NCBI RefSeq assembly: GCF_006345805.1
Contig: NC_043001.1
Coordinates: 31,558,001 to 31,622,000, forward strand
Source of the DNA: Octopus sinensis
Taxonomy: Eukaryota
Length of the DNA: 64,000 nucleotides
Reading direction: 5' to 3'
Position numbers and translations under genes: made by a program. Each line of letters begins with the position of its first letter. Position 1 is the stretch's first letter. Shown here in pieces: positions 11,960-25,451 of this stretch. The notes beneath the pieces are model-generated. The model was not told the DNA's origin and did not search any database. It saw only the letters and a program-made list of their open reading frames with translations.

Positions 11960-13582
11960 GCCAGCAGCAATGAGAAGGAGGCTGGAATAGCAGCGAGAAG
12001 CACGCGCAGGGAGGGAGGGAGAGGAGGAGGAGGAGGAATAGGAGAAAGAGTGAAGGGGAGAGAGAGAGGAAGGGGATGAGACAGAGACAGAGAGAGTGAG
12101 TGAGAAAGTGTGAAATTAGAAAGAGAGGGGGAGGGAAAAGTAGAGATAGAGTAAGAGACAACAAAAGAGGCAAAGGAGAGAAACGGCGAAGAAGATTGGG
12201 GAAAAGAAAACAAAATGGCGGTGACGAGAGCTGAAAACTACAAAAGAAAAAAGAAAAAAAAAGTTGAGAGGGAGAGAAAAATATAGTGGACATCGTGACG
12301 AGAGAGAGAATGAGAGGGAAATAAATAAATAAGGCCAGCAAACAAAACCAGTCATGTTTAGTGTACGAGTACGCACTTGAAAGTGCAGGCTAATTTCGTA
12401 ATAATATCACTAATCGAGTTTTGCATGTGGAGAAGAGTAATTGATTCTCCTTTTTCCCGAGATCCCTTTGCCTACTTTTCACTCCCTAACCTTCGAATGT
12501 ATTGTTGCTACCGAGGAAAGAAAGAAAGAAAGACAAGGGTGAAATAGATGGATAGAAAGGCAGAGAGAGTGAGAGAGAAAGGCAGTGAGAGAGAGAAAGG
12601 CAGAGAGAGTGAGAGAGAGAGCAGACGTAAGTCAACATTTATGAAGTACAGCTGGTAATGACATTAGAATACGAGAATAAAGAGATAAATGAAACGAGAG
12701 AGAGAGAAACGGCGAAAGACAAAGAAAAATAAATCATACATGACATACAAAGAGACAGAATGTGTGTGTGTATGAGCTAAGATGAACAAAAAAAAAATTT
12801 TGAAAGAATCACAATGGCTATATAATAAGAGTTATCTATATATAAATTTAACCAAGTTATATTTTATATTAGCAAACAAATAAAACAAATGTTTGTATTG
12901 TGCAAAAAATCAGATGTTTTCTAACATGCAAGATAGATAGATAGTCAACGATCAAAAAAAAAAAAAAAAAGCTTATATCATCCATCAATATCGAGCAAAA
13001 TTAGAAATGACATAAGGGGTCGAATGTTTACCAAAATCATTGGTAAACAAATAATAAACTGCCAGAACTTGTTGAGAATTAGAAGAAGAAAACAAAAATC
13101 CCCCCAAAAAAACTCGATGACTGTGTCACCCGTAAAAGTGACAATCGATTTTTGATTTTTTACATCGTTTTCCAACCCACCCAGACAGACAATTAACCGA
13201 CTCACTAGACCGGCTAACTGTTAACACAACAGAAAAACCAGCTGAGATATGTGAGTTGAAAAAAAAAAAAATTGCGTTTGTGGTTGTAATGACGATGTTT
13301 TTATTAAAGAATTGGCACCCCATGGACAGCGACTGGATTGCAGATAGTCATCTGCAATATGCCTTTTCAACTAACTACTTATACACAGTCTATCTATCTA
13401 TCTATCTACCTACCTAAAATGGGCATTCTTTGAGTTTTCTTTAAATTGAAAAAGCAGGAGTTTAAGTGAACTTAAAATCCTGTTTGGAATCACATATATA
13501 TATATATGGATAATAGCGATTTTGACGTCTATATCTAGCATATTGACCGTCCACTTTTAGTGGTCAGTCCTTAAATTTTGTG

Positions 13583-13620
<38 letters not shown>

Positions 13621-13621
<1 letters not shown>

Positions 13622-13759
13622 TTTATTTAAAAGCAGCAGAAAACTCCGAGTAACAGCTTCTGTTGAATTTCTGCTGCTTTTAAATAAAGCATATTACTCT
13701 GCCTCTGGTATTTGAGTACTCTTTTTTCCACCTTGTTTCACATTTATGTGTTTACTCCG

Positions 13760-13762
<3 letters not shown>
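13621..13762. mobile_element. Short repeat embedded between (TA)n tracts, with a perfect 22-bp inverted repeat
   Basis: ctttatttaaaagcagcagaaa (13621-13642) and its exact reverse complement (13668-13689); (TA)n on both sides. Confidence 0.6.
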
Positions 13763-13810
<48 letters not shown>

Positions 13811-16800
13811 TGCGTGTGTTAAAAAAATCTTTAAGCGGAATTCTTGAAAGTAAAACAAAATTTCAACAGGTTCGTTCGGCTAATATATAACTATATTTAA
13901 TATGAAACCGAAACGAAATGCGATATTAAACAAGAAAAGCAAGTGATCAGGGGAAGCTAAGATAAACACAACAACATGGGGACATTATATTTCTAAACAC
14001 TGATTCAACACACCGTTTGCACTTCTTTCTTCAAAAGGTGTATAATGACTATTCGTGTGATGTGATGTACCATTAATAGAAGAAACAAGTGGTTTCTACG
14101 TTAAGAAACTCCAGTACCGTCCTATCGAACCAGCTAAGCATTTTACGTAATTAAACAACAATGCAGAAGGCTTTTGTTATGTGAGAAATAATCTGTGTTG
14201 TTGCTGGTGTATGTATGTAATATATTAAAATAATAGTGGTCTCCACCGTCACCCTGCCCAAGTGGACTAACAGCGCAAACACATCAACAAAGGCAATGGT
14301 ATATTCGGTGTTCGAATAGTTTCATAATATACGAAGAAGGGGGGAAAAAAATAATTCAAAATGGAATAACAAAAGATTTGCATTTACTCTATACCGGAGA
14401 ACAATGGAATAAGATTCACGTAGCTTTGTTATTGTTAGCTTGGTAAGATTTCTCAAGGAAAGTTCACATTTTGTTTAGAAAACAATTACTTGTTCATATA
14501 GGAAACGGGAAAGTAGAAAAAAATTGTTCTATATGTCTAAAAAAAAAAAACCCAACAAAACTAGCAATAATATTAATACATTGCAAAATCAGGAGTCAAA
14601 TTTTTAATAGTTAATTTTTCTTTTACCTTCTGAAAATATAGGGTCATACACAAGATGGATTTTAATTTGAAACCACTTTGCAGTGTACATATTCTATGGC
14701 ATAGACTTGTCAACGAGGGAGATACTTTAATTTAATCTGGAATCATATTTGAGAAGTTACTAACTTCATGGACTAAACATCAGTATATAGGGAGATTTAT
14801 ATCAAAATGGAAACTTTTAGAAAGTGAGATCCAGTTAAACTGAAAAAGGATTTAAACAATATTTTCATTTAATAATAATTTGTTTTGCTCCAAAACCAAA
14901 AATAAAAAGAGCAGATCATCTGCTGTTTGACATCCTCCTCTTAAAAGGTTCCAAATTTTATCTAGAACACAGAATGCAAAATAGTTCATTTATAGAACTC
15001 CATACAAATTATATATAGTAACACTACCAATTAAAAAGCCAAGTTTAACTATCTGCAGAGAATTCATCTAAAATGTTTACAGTATTGAGGACATTGATCT
15101 TTTATAGAACCAAAGACCAGTGTGCTTCCTACAGTAACCGAATCTGCTTCAATAGCAAAACTATGTCACCAAAATATTAGATTGCATATGCAACACCCCA
15201 TCATAAACTGCCACCAGTACGAGATAGAACATCAAACAAGGTCTTCCATATTTCTTCTATGTTGTTACTTCTGGAACTTAATGAAGAGTTCAGTGAATTA
15301 TATAGTATTAAGTTGGATTCACTTTCACACTTAACATTAAAAGGTTAATAGTTAATGTTTGAGAAACCATTATGAAGTACTAAAAACAATCCAACTCTTG
15401 TACTTTTAAGAAAATGTCAACCTGCACTTTTTTTATTAATCGTTGTTGCAGCTTTACATGCAAGCATGTGAAGGATAGTTTTTGTTGCAGTATTCGCTTA
15501 ACAGCTGAATGGCTTTCCCCACAGCTAACCAACCAACTGTGAGATAGGAGAGTAAGAAAGCCTGTTGTCATTCAGACAAACTGAAGCATGCAGAGTTATG
15601 CCTAGCTCAAAGGAATAGCTCAATGACAGGCAATAAAATTTGAACAGAGGGTCAAGTTGATAGTCATCCAGCACCACAACCTCATGGCCATTGGTGTTTC
15701 TTAAATGGAAGCTTAAAATTAATTGTGAGTCAAGCCTAGAAGTAGATTCTTTAGGTCCAACACTACTTTCCTACTCCTAAAATAATAATAATAAAAAGAC
15801 TTGTATTATAGAAATGATTCATTAATATATTTTCAGATTTATTCAAATGAAATTCATGGTAAATAAATAAAAAAAACAACATCCATTCGAATAGTGGAAC
15901 GGATCTGTAACAAGTTAGATCTGTCTTTCTTCTAATTTGAGAAAAAAATTTTAAGATTTACTCCAAATGGATAAATATATAAAGGGAGTGTTAGAAAGTA
16001 AGGAGGGGAGGAAGAAACTGTTCAAAACTATCATCAGTATACTGGAAAATAACTCCTACCAACAACTCAAACCCTTCCCCCACTTAGTTCAATAAAGTTT
16101 TTTTTTTTAATGAATGTAATAAAATTTACTTTTATATATATACAAAATACACATGTGTAAGTTATAAGTCATTTTGCATTGCCAGCTAATAGTTTTATTA
16201 ATGAAAATCAAGCATTCTTAATACTATATTCCAGGCTAAATTGTGTACTACAAACTATACATTCTTGACATTCTGTGTTGATGGGACAGATATGGTAGCA
16301 TGGCATTGAAGCAATTTTATGAATGTCTGCTGACTAATATTAGAGATATTTAGATCCTAAAAGAGGAATGGAACATACACTCACAGAGAAGCTCAGCTGT
16401 GCTTTCAATTTATTTACTGAAAGATTTCAAACAGCTGACTATTTATTTGTTTGTTTATATATTTTGATTTTCAAAGCAATTAAAAGTGCAGAGAGATTTT
16501 TGGATAAAAATAAACCAAAATAATAATGATAATAAAAAAAAATCTGTGAAAAAAAAAAAAAAATAATATTCCAAACATAATTCAACATGTATTTTTCAAT
16601 GTTGCAGCAGAACTGGCTGAAAAAAAAAAGACAAAACTTAATCAAGAAAAGCTGCTTGCGTGTGCGATTATTCATGTTATTATTTTAAATATTTTACTTG
16701 TTCAACGCAGAGCTTCTCCATTTTATGATATATTATTACTACAGCAATTTTGGTTATCTAATAACAGGCAGTCAGAAAGTGCACACCTGCTACAGAAAAA

Positions 16801-19231
16801 TGCACTGCATTGCAGCAAGTGAGAGTACGTGAGAGATCTTGTTATAATTAGCACAAATGTGTTTTAAATAACAAAGATGCTTTAACTGAATAATCTTGAC
16901 TAAAAACTTCAAGTTAATGCGTGTGGGTGTTCAGTTATTTATTAATAAATTTTAAATGGTTTCAGGTTCAAACAGGCTGCGAAACACCTTGGGAAAAAGT
17001 GTTTTGGCTTCAGACTGATCGATGTCTTGTGTGTGAATTTGGTAGATGAAGATTGCATGAGTGGTTGTGTGTGAATGTTACATTGTGCTTTGATGTGTAA
17101 AAATGCTGAGCTTAACAAAAGTTGATATGTTTTGGCAGGTAACTATCAACAAATAGTCCTCCAGCTCTACACTTCCTCAGTAATATGTACTCATCTAACC
17201 CATGCTAGCATAGAAAAACAGACATAAACGAAATTATGAATCATTAACTTAAATAACACTCAGATTATTTACCCTAGATCTGATTTTCTTACTTAACAGA
17301 TTTTATTTCTCACAAATTGGAGACCACAACTTTTAAGAGCTTATAACTGTGCTATGTCAGTTTTAACCCTTTTGATACTGCCTGAAACTGCCCTTGGTTC
17401 TATGATACAAGCTTCCTGTTTTAAAGTGATCTTCATTATTTTCAGAATTAATTAAAGCAAAGGCAGTGTGATTCAACAGAAACATGTAATTCTGATATGA
17501 AAGGAAGAAAAAAAAAGTAAAACAGTCTATTCACTGAGATTTTATCTCTTTTTACTTTATTCCCCGGATCAACCAGAAACCCAACTTCAAGTATAACAAA
17601 ACAATGGTTTTCTCAATTTTAATTCTGATTGATATCTTTTATTGTCTGGGCGTGGGTGGATTAGAAAATTTAGAAAACTGATATCATTTTCTATATGATG
17701 ATAAACTTCTACGTGCTAATGCTTTTTGACTTATAAGTTTTTAGTGTATTTAAGTAATTAATTTGACTTCATATTACTTCAACTTAGGATGTAAAAATCA
17801 CAGGTTGCTAGCATACACAAGAATTTGGTCAGTTTCTCAAAACAAAATAAACCTTATTTACGTTGGATTCTTCTCCAAGATATACAAATAACAATTAAAA
17901 TAGAAATTTCAAGCTAAATTACCAAGAAAGTTCCGCAACTTTTTAATGTTACCGAAGTAACCAAGTGCAAAACAAGAATTACACTTTTAAAACAAATACA
18001 TATGCAGATAACAAATTAGAGCCAACAATGCATAAAGTTGAATAAGGTTAATATGACATCAGCAAATTAACTAGAAATCTATAAATCAATTTGTAAGAAC
18101 TACAACAAAAACACTAAGTTTACTTAAAATAACTTTGTTTAAAAGAAGATAACTGAATGTGGCAAAATAAAGTAATGGAAGCCAATGAATTGATCCGGAG
18201 TTTTTACAAATAGAAAGATCAATAGTTTAATTTTAAGACTTATCATTAGCGTTGTGTTTTTTGGATCAGCAACTAATGGATCAGGAACAGTCTATCCATT
18301 GGAAACAGCCTCTGAAACTCAAAGTCGTTTTAAATGTAGGACTGATGGGCTTGGTTGCACTGACAGTATTAATATAAACAAACAAGTATTTGCACTGAAA
18401 ATCACAGTACATTCATTAGGAGAGGTGAATGTATTTCAGCAATGGTATAATTTTTCTATACTGTTGTCTGTAAAGCTAGCTAACAATGATTAACAAGAAC
18501 CATAAGGAAAAGTAAATGACTGAACTGAAAGTTATTGTGTGAAGGGAAAGGAAAGAATAGAAGCATAGGCTGTGAAATGACCACCTGTGTATACACAATT
18601 ATATATATTCTGACAGGGTCAACATACATCATTAAGTGGTAGATTTATTATTTCTTCCTTCATAACATAATCTATGTGCTTCAATTAACTTTGAATGATG
18701 CTAGCACAATAACAATTTGTGTGTGTGTGATATTACTGGAAAAGCATGATTTGAAAGAATTTGGTAATGACTTATGAAAGAGGTTTCTTTTATTTTTATT
18801 CTGACAAAACCTTTCCAGAGTTCTAATTGAGTTACTTGGGGCATAACTAAGCCAACAATGTTAGTTACAGGATATGGACAGATGATTAGCTTGCACTGGA
18901 TGCACTAGATTTAAATAGGGTTTGTAACAACATTGCACTCAATAGGATTTCCCTGATTAAGTCAACTCATTTATTAGCTGAGACAGTGTAAGGGTGTCAA
19001 CAGCAGCTATGTCATCCAAAGACTATAATTAAATTATACCAAACTGCTTATCATCCTTCAGATATAAAGTTCTTAAGATTATTTTAAGATAGCTCTTGAA
19101 TACATGTACCACAAAGGTGTTAAAGCATTTAGATAAAAACAAACACAATAAAGAGGGACTATTTGCATCTATTAATTTTTATGTCTCTAGTCATCTACAA
19201 GCAAATCTTTCTGATAATTCTACAAAGGACT

Positions 19232-19676
19232 GAGGCAGTGAGCTGGCAGAATTGTTAGCACGCTGGGAGAAATGCTTAGCGGCATTTCATCTGCCATTAC
19301 GTTCTAAGTTCAATTTCCACTGAGGTTGGCTTTGCCTTTCATCTTTTTGGGGTCGATGATATAAGTACCAGTTGAGCAATGGAATCAATGTAATCGACTA
19401 ATCCCCTTCCCTGCAAATTTTCAAGACCTTGTGTCTAGAGTAGAAATAATTATTAGATAATTTTAAAGGTGGAGAGCTGGCAGAAACGTTAGCATGCTTG
19501 GAAAAATGCTTAGCAATACTTAGACTGTCTTTATGTTCTGAGTTCAAATTCTGCCGAGGTCGACTTTGCCTTTCGTAATTTTGGGGTTGATGAATTAAGT
19601 ACCAGTTGCATGCTGGGATCAATCTAATCGACTGGACTCCTGAAAAATTTTGAACCTTGTGCCTAGAGTAGAAAAG
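19232..19676 (+). mobile_element. Head-to-tail dimer of family B SINE inside one 15-bp TSD
   Basis: attctacaaaggact at 19217-19231 and 19677-19691; two gagctggcaga heads at ~19240 and ~19472. Confidence 0.88.
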
Positions 19677-21129
19677 ATTCTACAAAGGACTAAACATTCT
19701 ATTTTCATATTGAAAGCAAAAAAAAATATATTATCAAAACATATATAACAAGTGTCCATAGAGCTGCTAATTAATTTCACTTGAGCTATGAATTAAATGT
19801 AAGACAAATCTCCCTTTAATGGGACATTTAGCCCACCACAACTTTTCTTCAGCTAAAACGATTCAAACAGGATGAAGCATTCTGAGAACTACTTCCATGA
19901 AACAAAGATCCGTGGAATGTCTGCAAGAGCAAAGATCCAAAAAATTTTTGTAAAATTTCAACTTAAATATTACAACATAGAAAGGATGGTATTAAGGTCT
20001 CTTAAGAGTTTAAGCTTTGTATTTATTTTTTTCTATGAATGTTTTTGCAATAATTCTGCCTCATCTTAGTGCAGATTACCAGGTAAATTAATTACAAAGA
20101 TTATCTTAACTATAACCCTCAATCAGTTAAATCACCTTGAAAAATCACATTTTAAAGTTAGTTCCCAGAATATATATTGATAATCTGAATACAAAGTTTT
20201 GAGAAATTGCTGATATTATACACTTGCTTATATTTTCTATGGAAAAGGGAAAAAAAACCCACAGAAACTCGAGGTGGTGTTGGAAAAACTAAACTTACAC
20301 TATTATCTATAATACATTCTGTACAATTACCATAAACTGTTGGTTCGAGCCAGTGATGTTCATGTCTACAACAGGTTTATTAATGAATGAAAGAAGTACA
20401 TGTTTAAGCTAGACAAGAAGTGTATCTTGCAATAAGCAAAACTGAAAGTAAAAGTTATATCTATATTCTAAGCTGTGATGATCAGAGTGTGATACTGAAT
20501 CAGTAGGAAGAAAAACACAAGACTGTGACAATTGCATATATAATTATTGTAGTGTATTTGGCCCTCACTGATATGGAGAACAACAATGCATGAAAATACT
20601 AGTCCAAGCAGAGAATGTATGGGAGAAAAAGTGAGAGCATTCTAAGTATATCCAAGAGTATAGGACAGCTATACAGTCAAAAGAACCATTAAGAATATGA
20701 AAATAAGACAAAAAAAAATTGAAAATATCCATCAAAATAGTATATACAAAAGTCAAATCAGATAGTAGAGTGAGGTGTTATTCTCAAAGTGGCAACTACA
20801 AGAGTAAAAGATCGATTACAGAAGCAACAAATTGATAAACCAATTCTAGTTCTCTAGGTCATAAAAACGAAGTTGAAGCTATACATGAGAACTCCTGTAA
20901 TAGTGACAACCTAGTTCTCAGCCAAATAAGCCAGAAAATTAAGGGAGAAGTTCCAAACTGAATGCAGTGTCTACAAAGTAAATCTAGCAAAGTGAAAGGC
21001 CTCAGTATGGGAGAAAAAGGAACCTTAGTGGTATTTGGGAAATGGCCATACCAGTTATACAAAAAGAAGTCAGTAGGAACTGTATACTATGCACCTAATA
21101 CAAATTATGAGTAGAAAAAAAAATGAAGC

Positions 21130-21790
21130 AGCTTCATATATAGGTCAACAGAGGACTCTATATGTAGCAAATGTGCAGAAGTTAGCAGTAAGAGCTCCCA
21201 TGAAATGAATTCTTTCAATTACCCAGAAGGCTGGCTAGAAATAACTGATGGCATCAGTTACCTAGGTGACCTGATTAATGGTGGATGTGGGTGTTATGAA
21301 AGCACAGAAAGCAGAATAAGGATGAGGTGTTAAAAGTTTAAGGAACAATAAAGGGCTTGATTTTTGGTGAAAGTTACACTGCATTATGCACATGTAGAAA
21401 ATGTGGTATTGTCATAGAGATGCTGAATGTGGAGAATGTGTGAAGGAAGGATGGAAAGAGATGAAGCAAGCATAATCTGCTGGTTATCTAATGTTAGTGA
21501 GCATGAAACAATGGAGTACTGATGGGCTGAATGAAAGAAAGAAACAAAATGGATTTAAGAGAAATCAGTCATAGTGTGCAGAAGAGAAAACAGTGTAGTG
21601 TTAGCACAACAGGTCATGCATATGAAAGTGGACAATTGACTGAAGAAGTGCCAAGCAGTTTAAGTGAAGAGGAGGTTCAAGAAAGAAGGGGTGAAGGTTG
21701 ATCTCAGGATACCGAATCTGACAAGAGCTTACAAGAAGTAGTGGGACACTTTGCTGAAAAAGGTCTATTCAATCTGTACACGAATGGATA
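21130..21790 (+). mobile_element. Degenerate RTE LINE (RT C-terminal region and 3' end)
   Basis: SYLGDLINGGCGCYESTESRIRMR (cf. RTE YLGD...GG...RIR.GW.KF.EL), many stops. Confidence 0.7.
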
Positions 21791-22119
21791 TGTGGTAATA
21801 ATCAGACATCATGATGAAAGTAATTAAGTAAATTGAGTTACAGTAGAGAACATACTTTAGCAAAATATATTTGAGATATCAAATAGTTTATAAAATAATA
21901 TATATTAAGTCTGTGATTATAAAGTGAATTTAACAATTATGCTTCTTAGCAGCTCTCCAAGAGTTTGAGAACATAAGAACACTTTTGAAGTATAGACAAT
22001 TGTCTAATTTACTGTGGGAAAAAAAAATGTAATAAGTTGCAGCAACAATAAAGCCATTATTTTCAAACATTTCAAATATGTCAAGAGGAGAATGTGAATG
22101 TATGATGGTCGAGTATGAA

Positions 22120-22515
22120 GACTGATAATGCATGGTGGTAAAATAAGGGTATGTCCAGTATGTGGAAGGTGTTTAAATGCTTCAAAGAAGTGAAGCAAGC
22201 ATGCTCAAATGGATGTATAATGTTAGTGGAATTGAACGATGAAGCACAAATGAGCTAAGAGGTAAAACTGGACGTAAAAAGAATTATATCTCATGTGCTA
22301 GAGAGAAGACTGCATTGCTATGGGCATGTGATTGGTGTGGAAAATGGCAAATTAGGTAAAAGTATCAAGAAGTTTGCCAATGCAGAAAAACAAAGAAGAC
22401 ATGATGAAAGCTAATCTCAAGAGGCTGAACCTTACGAAGATGGCAAAAGACAGTGGAAAATAGCAAGATGCTGTGCTTGAGTAAACCTGTCCAGCCCATG
22501 CAAGCATGGAATAGC
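22120..22515 (+). mobile_element. Degenerate RTE LINE 3' end, same family as 21130-21790
   Basis: gaagcaagcatgctcaaatggatgtataatgttagtg...gagaagactgcattgctatgggcatgtg (RRLHCYGHV); ends gtccagcccatgcaagcatggaa. Confidence 0.7.
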
Positions 22516-23479
22516 AGTTGTAAAACAATGATTATAATTGTGAGCAATATCTGGTTATATAATTGACCAGGCTTACTTGGGACAGAAGGGGAGCATCTTG
22601 AAAAGTTGAAACAAAACATGACACTACTTGTATAAACTAATCAGATGTATGACACTAATCATAAAAAAAGTTTTCACATCATTGTATTTCCAATTTATGA
22701 TGGTGAAGCAAATTTATTACAACTCTAAAAAGCAGCAACAGATATTAAAAATAAATCATTTAAAATAATTTTCATCACCACAAAAGTGCTTTTGTGTAAA
22801 GGATTCATTACTGCAATTTCGTTTTGCATGGAAAATTACTGTTTGACACTTTATTTTGATACCAACCAAAATACTGGTTATCTGACACAAAAATCATTAA
22901 ATTAATATTATAATTATATTTATTTAAGAACCTTCTTTTGTTTCATTATGTTCAAAATACCAGGTTTAAAAATAAAAAGATTAGCTAACTTATTGAATTC
23001 TTGACTGTTTTCAAAATTAACTAAAACACATTAACAGTATTTTTTTTAGAAATGTGGTTTCAAGAATCAAGAGGTTTTATATTCTATCACTATTTATACA
23101 TTCTACATCTCAAACAAAAAGACTATACTTTCAATGGTTCAACCCACCAGATGAATATTGAATTCAAATCTTTCTTTGAGAAAATCCTAACATTCCTCTC
23201 CCAGCTGTGAGAGGTTTCATAGCTGCATATCACACCTGTATAGACCATCAGTATAGAGAAGAAACTGTGGTTTACACATAGATATATGTTATAAGTTATC
23301 CTCTGGAGTACCAGGAAATACAGTAACAATAACGAAAACCAATTTTTGAAAAGTATTAGTTTTTTCCACAGATGCATAAATACTAGAAAACTTTTATATA
23401 TAGTTTGTATCTGTTTATGTCCCTGTAAAAATAAAAGAGATAAGAAAGAGTTGGTTCATATGAAATGCCGATTGATTAT

Positions 23480-24850
23480 TGCTACTTGATGGCTGTCCTC
23501 GGAAGGTTTTGGTCTCATTTTCAAAGGCTGAATTGCATAACTGTTCATTGATATTTTCTAACTGGTCAGACAAAATGAAAACCTATTGGGACCATTTTGA
23601 ATCATATATTTGGTCAGTCAAAAGATATGCTCTCTCTTTGTACCGATTCTTGAGCCAAGGTGTCAAGGGACATTCTGTCCAATGCCATTACAGTGATGTC
23701 TGCATATGCTGCTGCAATGGTGGGAGACCTGTATTGGAATGTGCAGATGACATCACCATAGTGTCAGACAACCAGGCAGTCAGAATGATTGGTACCATTC
23801 TAAAGGAATATGAGGCACTGGGAGGAGTAAAAATGAATCTGGATAAATTGGTGGTCTTGCAGCTCAGTATCTGAAGAGTCAAGTTCATGATGTCATCCTG
23901 TATTGCAGGGCACTGAACCACTGGACTAGTCAAATAGCTTGGGATCTAGATATCTAAATAGATGAAAACTTAGACACGGTAACTAGTCTCTTTCAAAAAA
24001 TAAACTGAGAGGAAGTTATCACTAAAAGGGTCAAGTATTTGGTCTCCTGTCCCTTACCCAGTTTTTGTCTGACCAGATTGGAGTGTGCACTCCACTTCTT
24101 TGCACAGAGGGCCTAGTATGTTGTGGCTGATGTCTAGTTATATTTACAGTGATTCTTGGATGATTAACAAGTGTAGTCATTCTTAGATACATTTTTCCAC
24201 AGCTTGTCTCTTTGACAGAGCTGCAGTCCTGGATCAAGTAAAGTATCTGGCATCAGGAATGTTGTCAGGTACTTGCAGCTACCTGTCAGGAATATGGTTG
24301 GTGGAACATTCATATTAACATTCTATAGAATGTTAATGGTGAGAAGGTATGACAATGGTTCTCAGGGAAACTGGGAGTTGCTGACAGTGAACCGGCCTGT
24401 TTTTGGTGACTTTCCACTTGTGGACTATGGATAACTTCTAGAAATCTCTGATATCAAAATACAACCAGTAGGTTCTGCTGGTTTGAGGTAAACTCAATAG
24501 GTATGAGAGTGCCATCAACTGGGTCTGTCAAAAATGAAAGCAAGATGATGGAACCACTCTGTACAGACTCATTCAGTGTCTGTGTATTGCAGACTTGCAG
24601 AATTTACTGAACAGCTGTTGTTATGTTTAGGACAGACCTGGCTGTTCATTGTGAAGTAGACCTTGCAATCTGTTGGTTGGGAAGTGCAGGAAGTTTTCTT
24701 CTGTCCAGTAGCTATGGTAAAAAAGGTTGTGAAGTGAAAGTAGCTGAAAGGAATGAAGACAGATACTCTTTCTCCAGCAAATTCATTGAAAGATATGTGG
24801 GAATGGTAAACAAGGCCCGATTGAATAGGCTTAATCTCAGAATGTGACTC
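23480..24850 (+). mobile_element. Degenerate L1/Tx1-clade LINE ORF2 (RT and C-terminal region)
   Basis: CADDITIVSD...ILKEYEALGGVKMNLDKLVVLQLS (YADD catalytic motif followed by the Tx1-type YE..TGAKIN..KS segment); broken homology appears to continue to ~24847. Confidence 0.75.
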
Positions 24851-25211
24851 TAGGTTACTAAACGTATTTGGGAAAGGCTACTTATCCTTCAAAGAGTTAT
24901 GTTGTATCTGTGGGGTTTTGTTAATGACCTTAGGTGATAATCCTCATCCCGGGACTTTAGAATATATTTTCATACAGTGGATGCAATAATTTTACTTCAG
25001 TCTCTGCATAACCCTACCACATCTAGTAATCTGTCCATGTAGATTCATCCATTACTCCTGTTGCAGCACTAAAAGTAAAGATTATTGTTATTGTTGTTTA
25101 GCACTGAATAAGCAGATCTATGACTTTCCAGCTGTGACTATCATGTCTTTCTTGGTATGTCTAGAACCACACTATCTAACTGTCCTTCCTTTTTTCTCCT
25201 TAAGGCAGTAT

Positions 25212-25451
25212 AAATAATAAATGCGCCCTTTTAAAGCCTAGCCAGGCTCAAGGGCCTGGTTTCCATGGCATATGTGTTCCCCAGCTGGACAGGACGCCAG
25301 TCCATTGCAGCGTTAATCATTTTTGCCAGCTGAGCGAACTGGAGCAATGTGAAATGAAGTGTTTTGCTCAAGAACACAACAGATCCAGGAATCGGAACCA
25401 CAATCTTATGATCATGATGCTGACACCCTAACCACTAAGCCACACGATTCC
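25212..25451 (-). mobile_element. tRNA-headed SINE (family A) with 11-bp TSD, nested in an older SINE-like repeat
   Basis: taaggcagtat at 25201-25211 and 25452-25462; homologous to 741-972. Confidence 0.88.

Noticed and set aside
11829-12376. Long L/S/F-rich minus-strand ORFs (170, 87 and 86 aa)
   Set aside because: Low-complexity GA/CT tract; no domain-like content
16749-16770. miR-9-like tttggttatcta
   Set aside because: Only 12 nt match and no complementary arm
18238-18493. 79-aa plus ORF, and minus-strand acceptor leading to CKYLFVYINTVSATKPISPTFKTTLSFRGCFQWIDCS*
   Set aside because: No recognisable homology, and no pair of strong splice sites in a consistent frame
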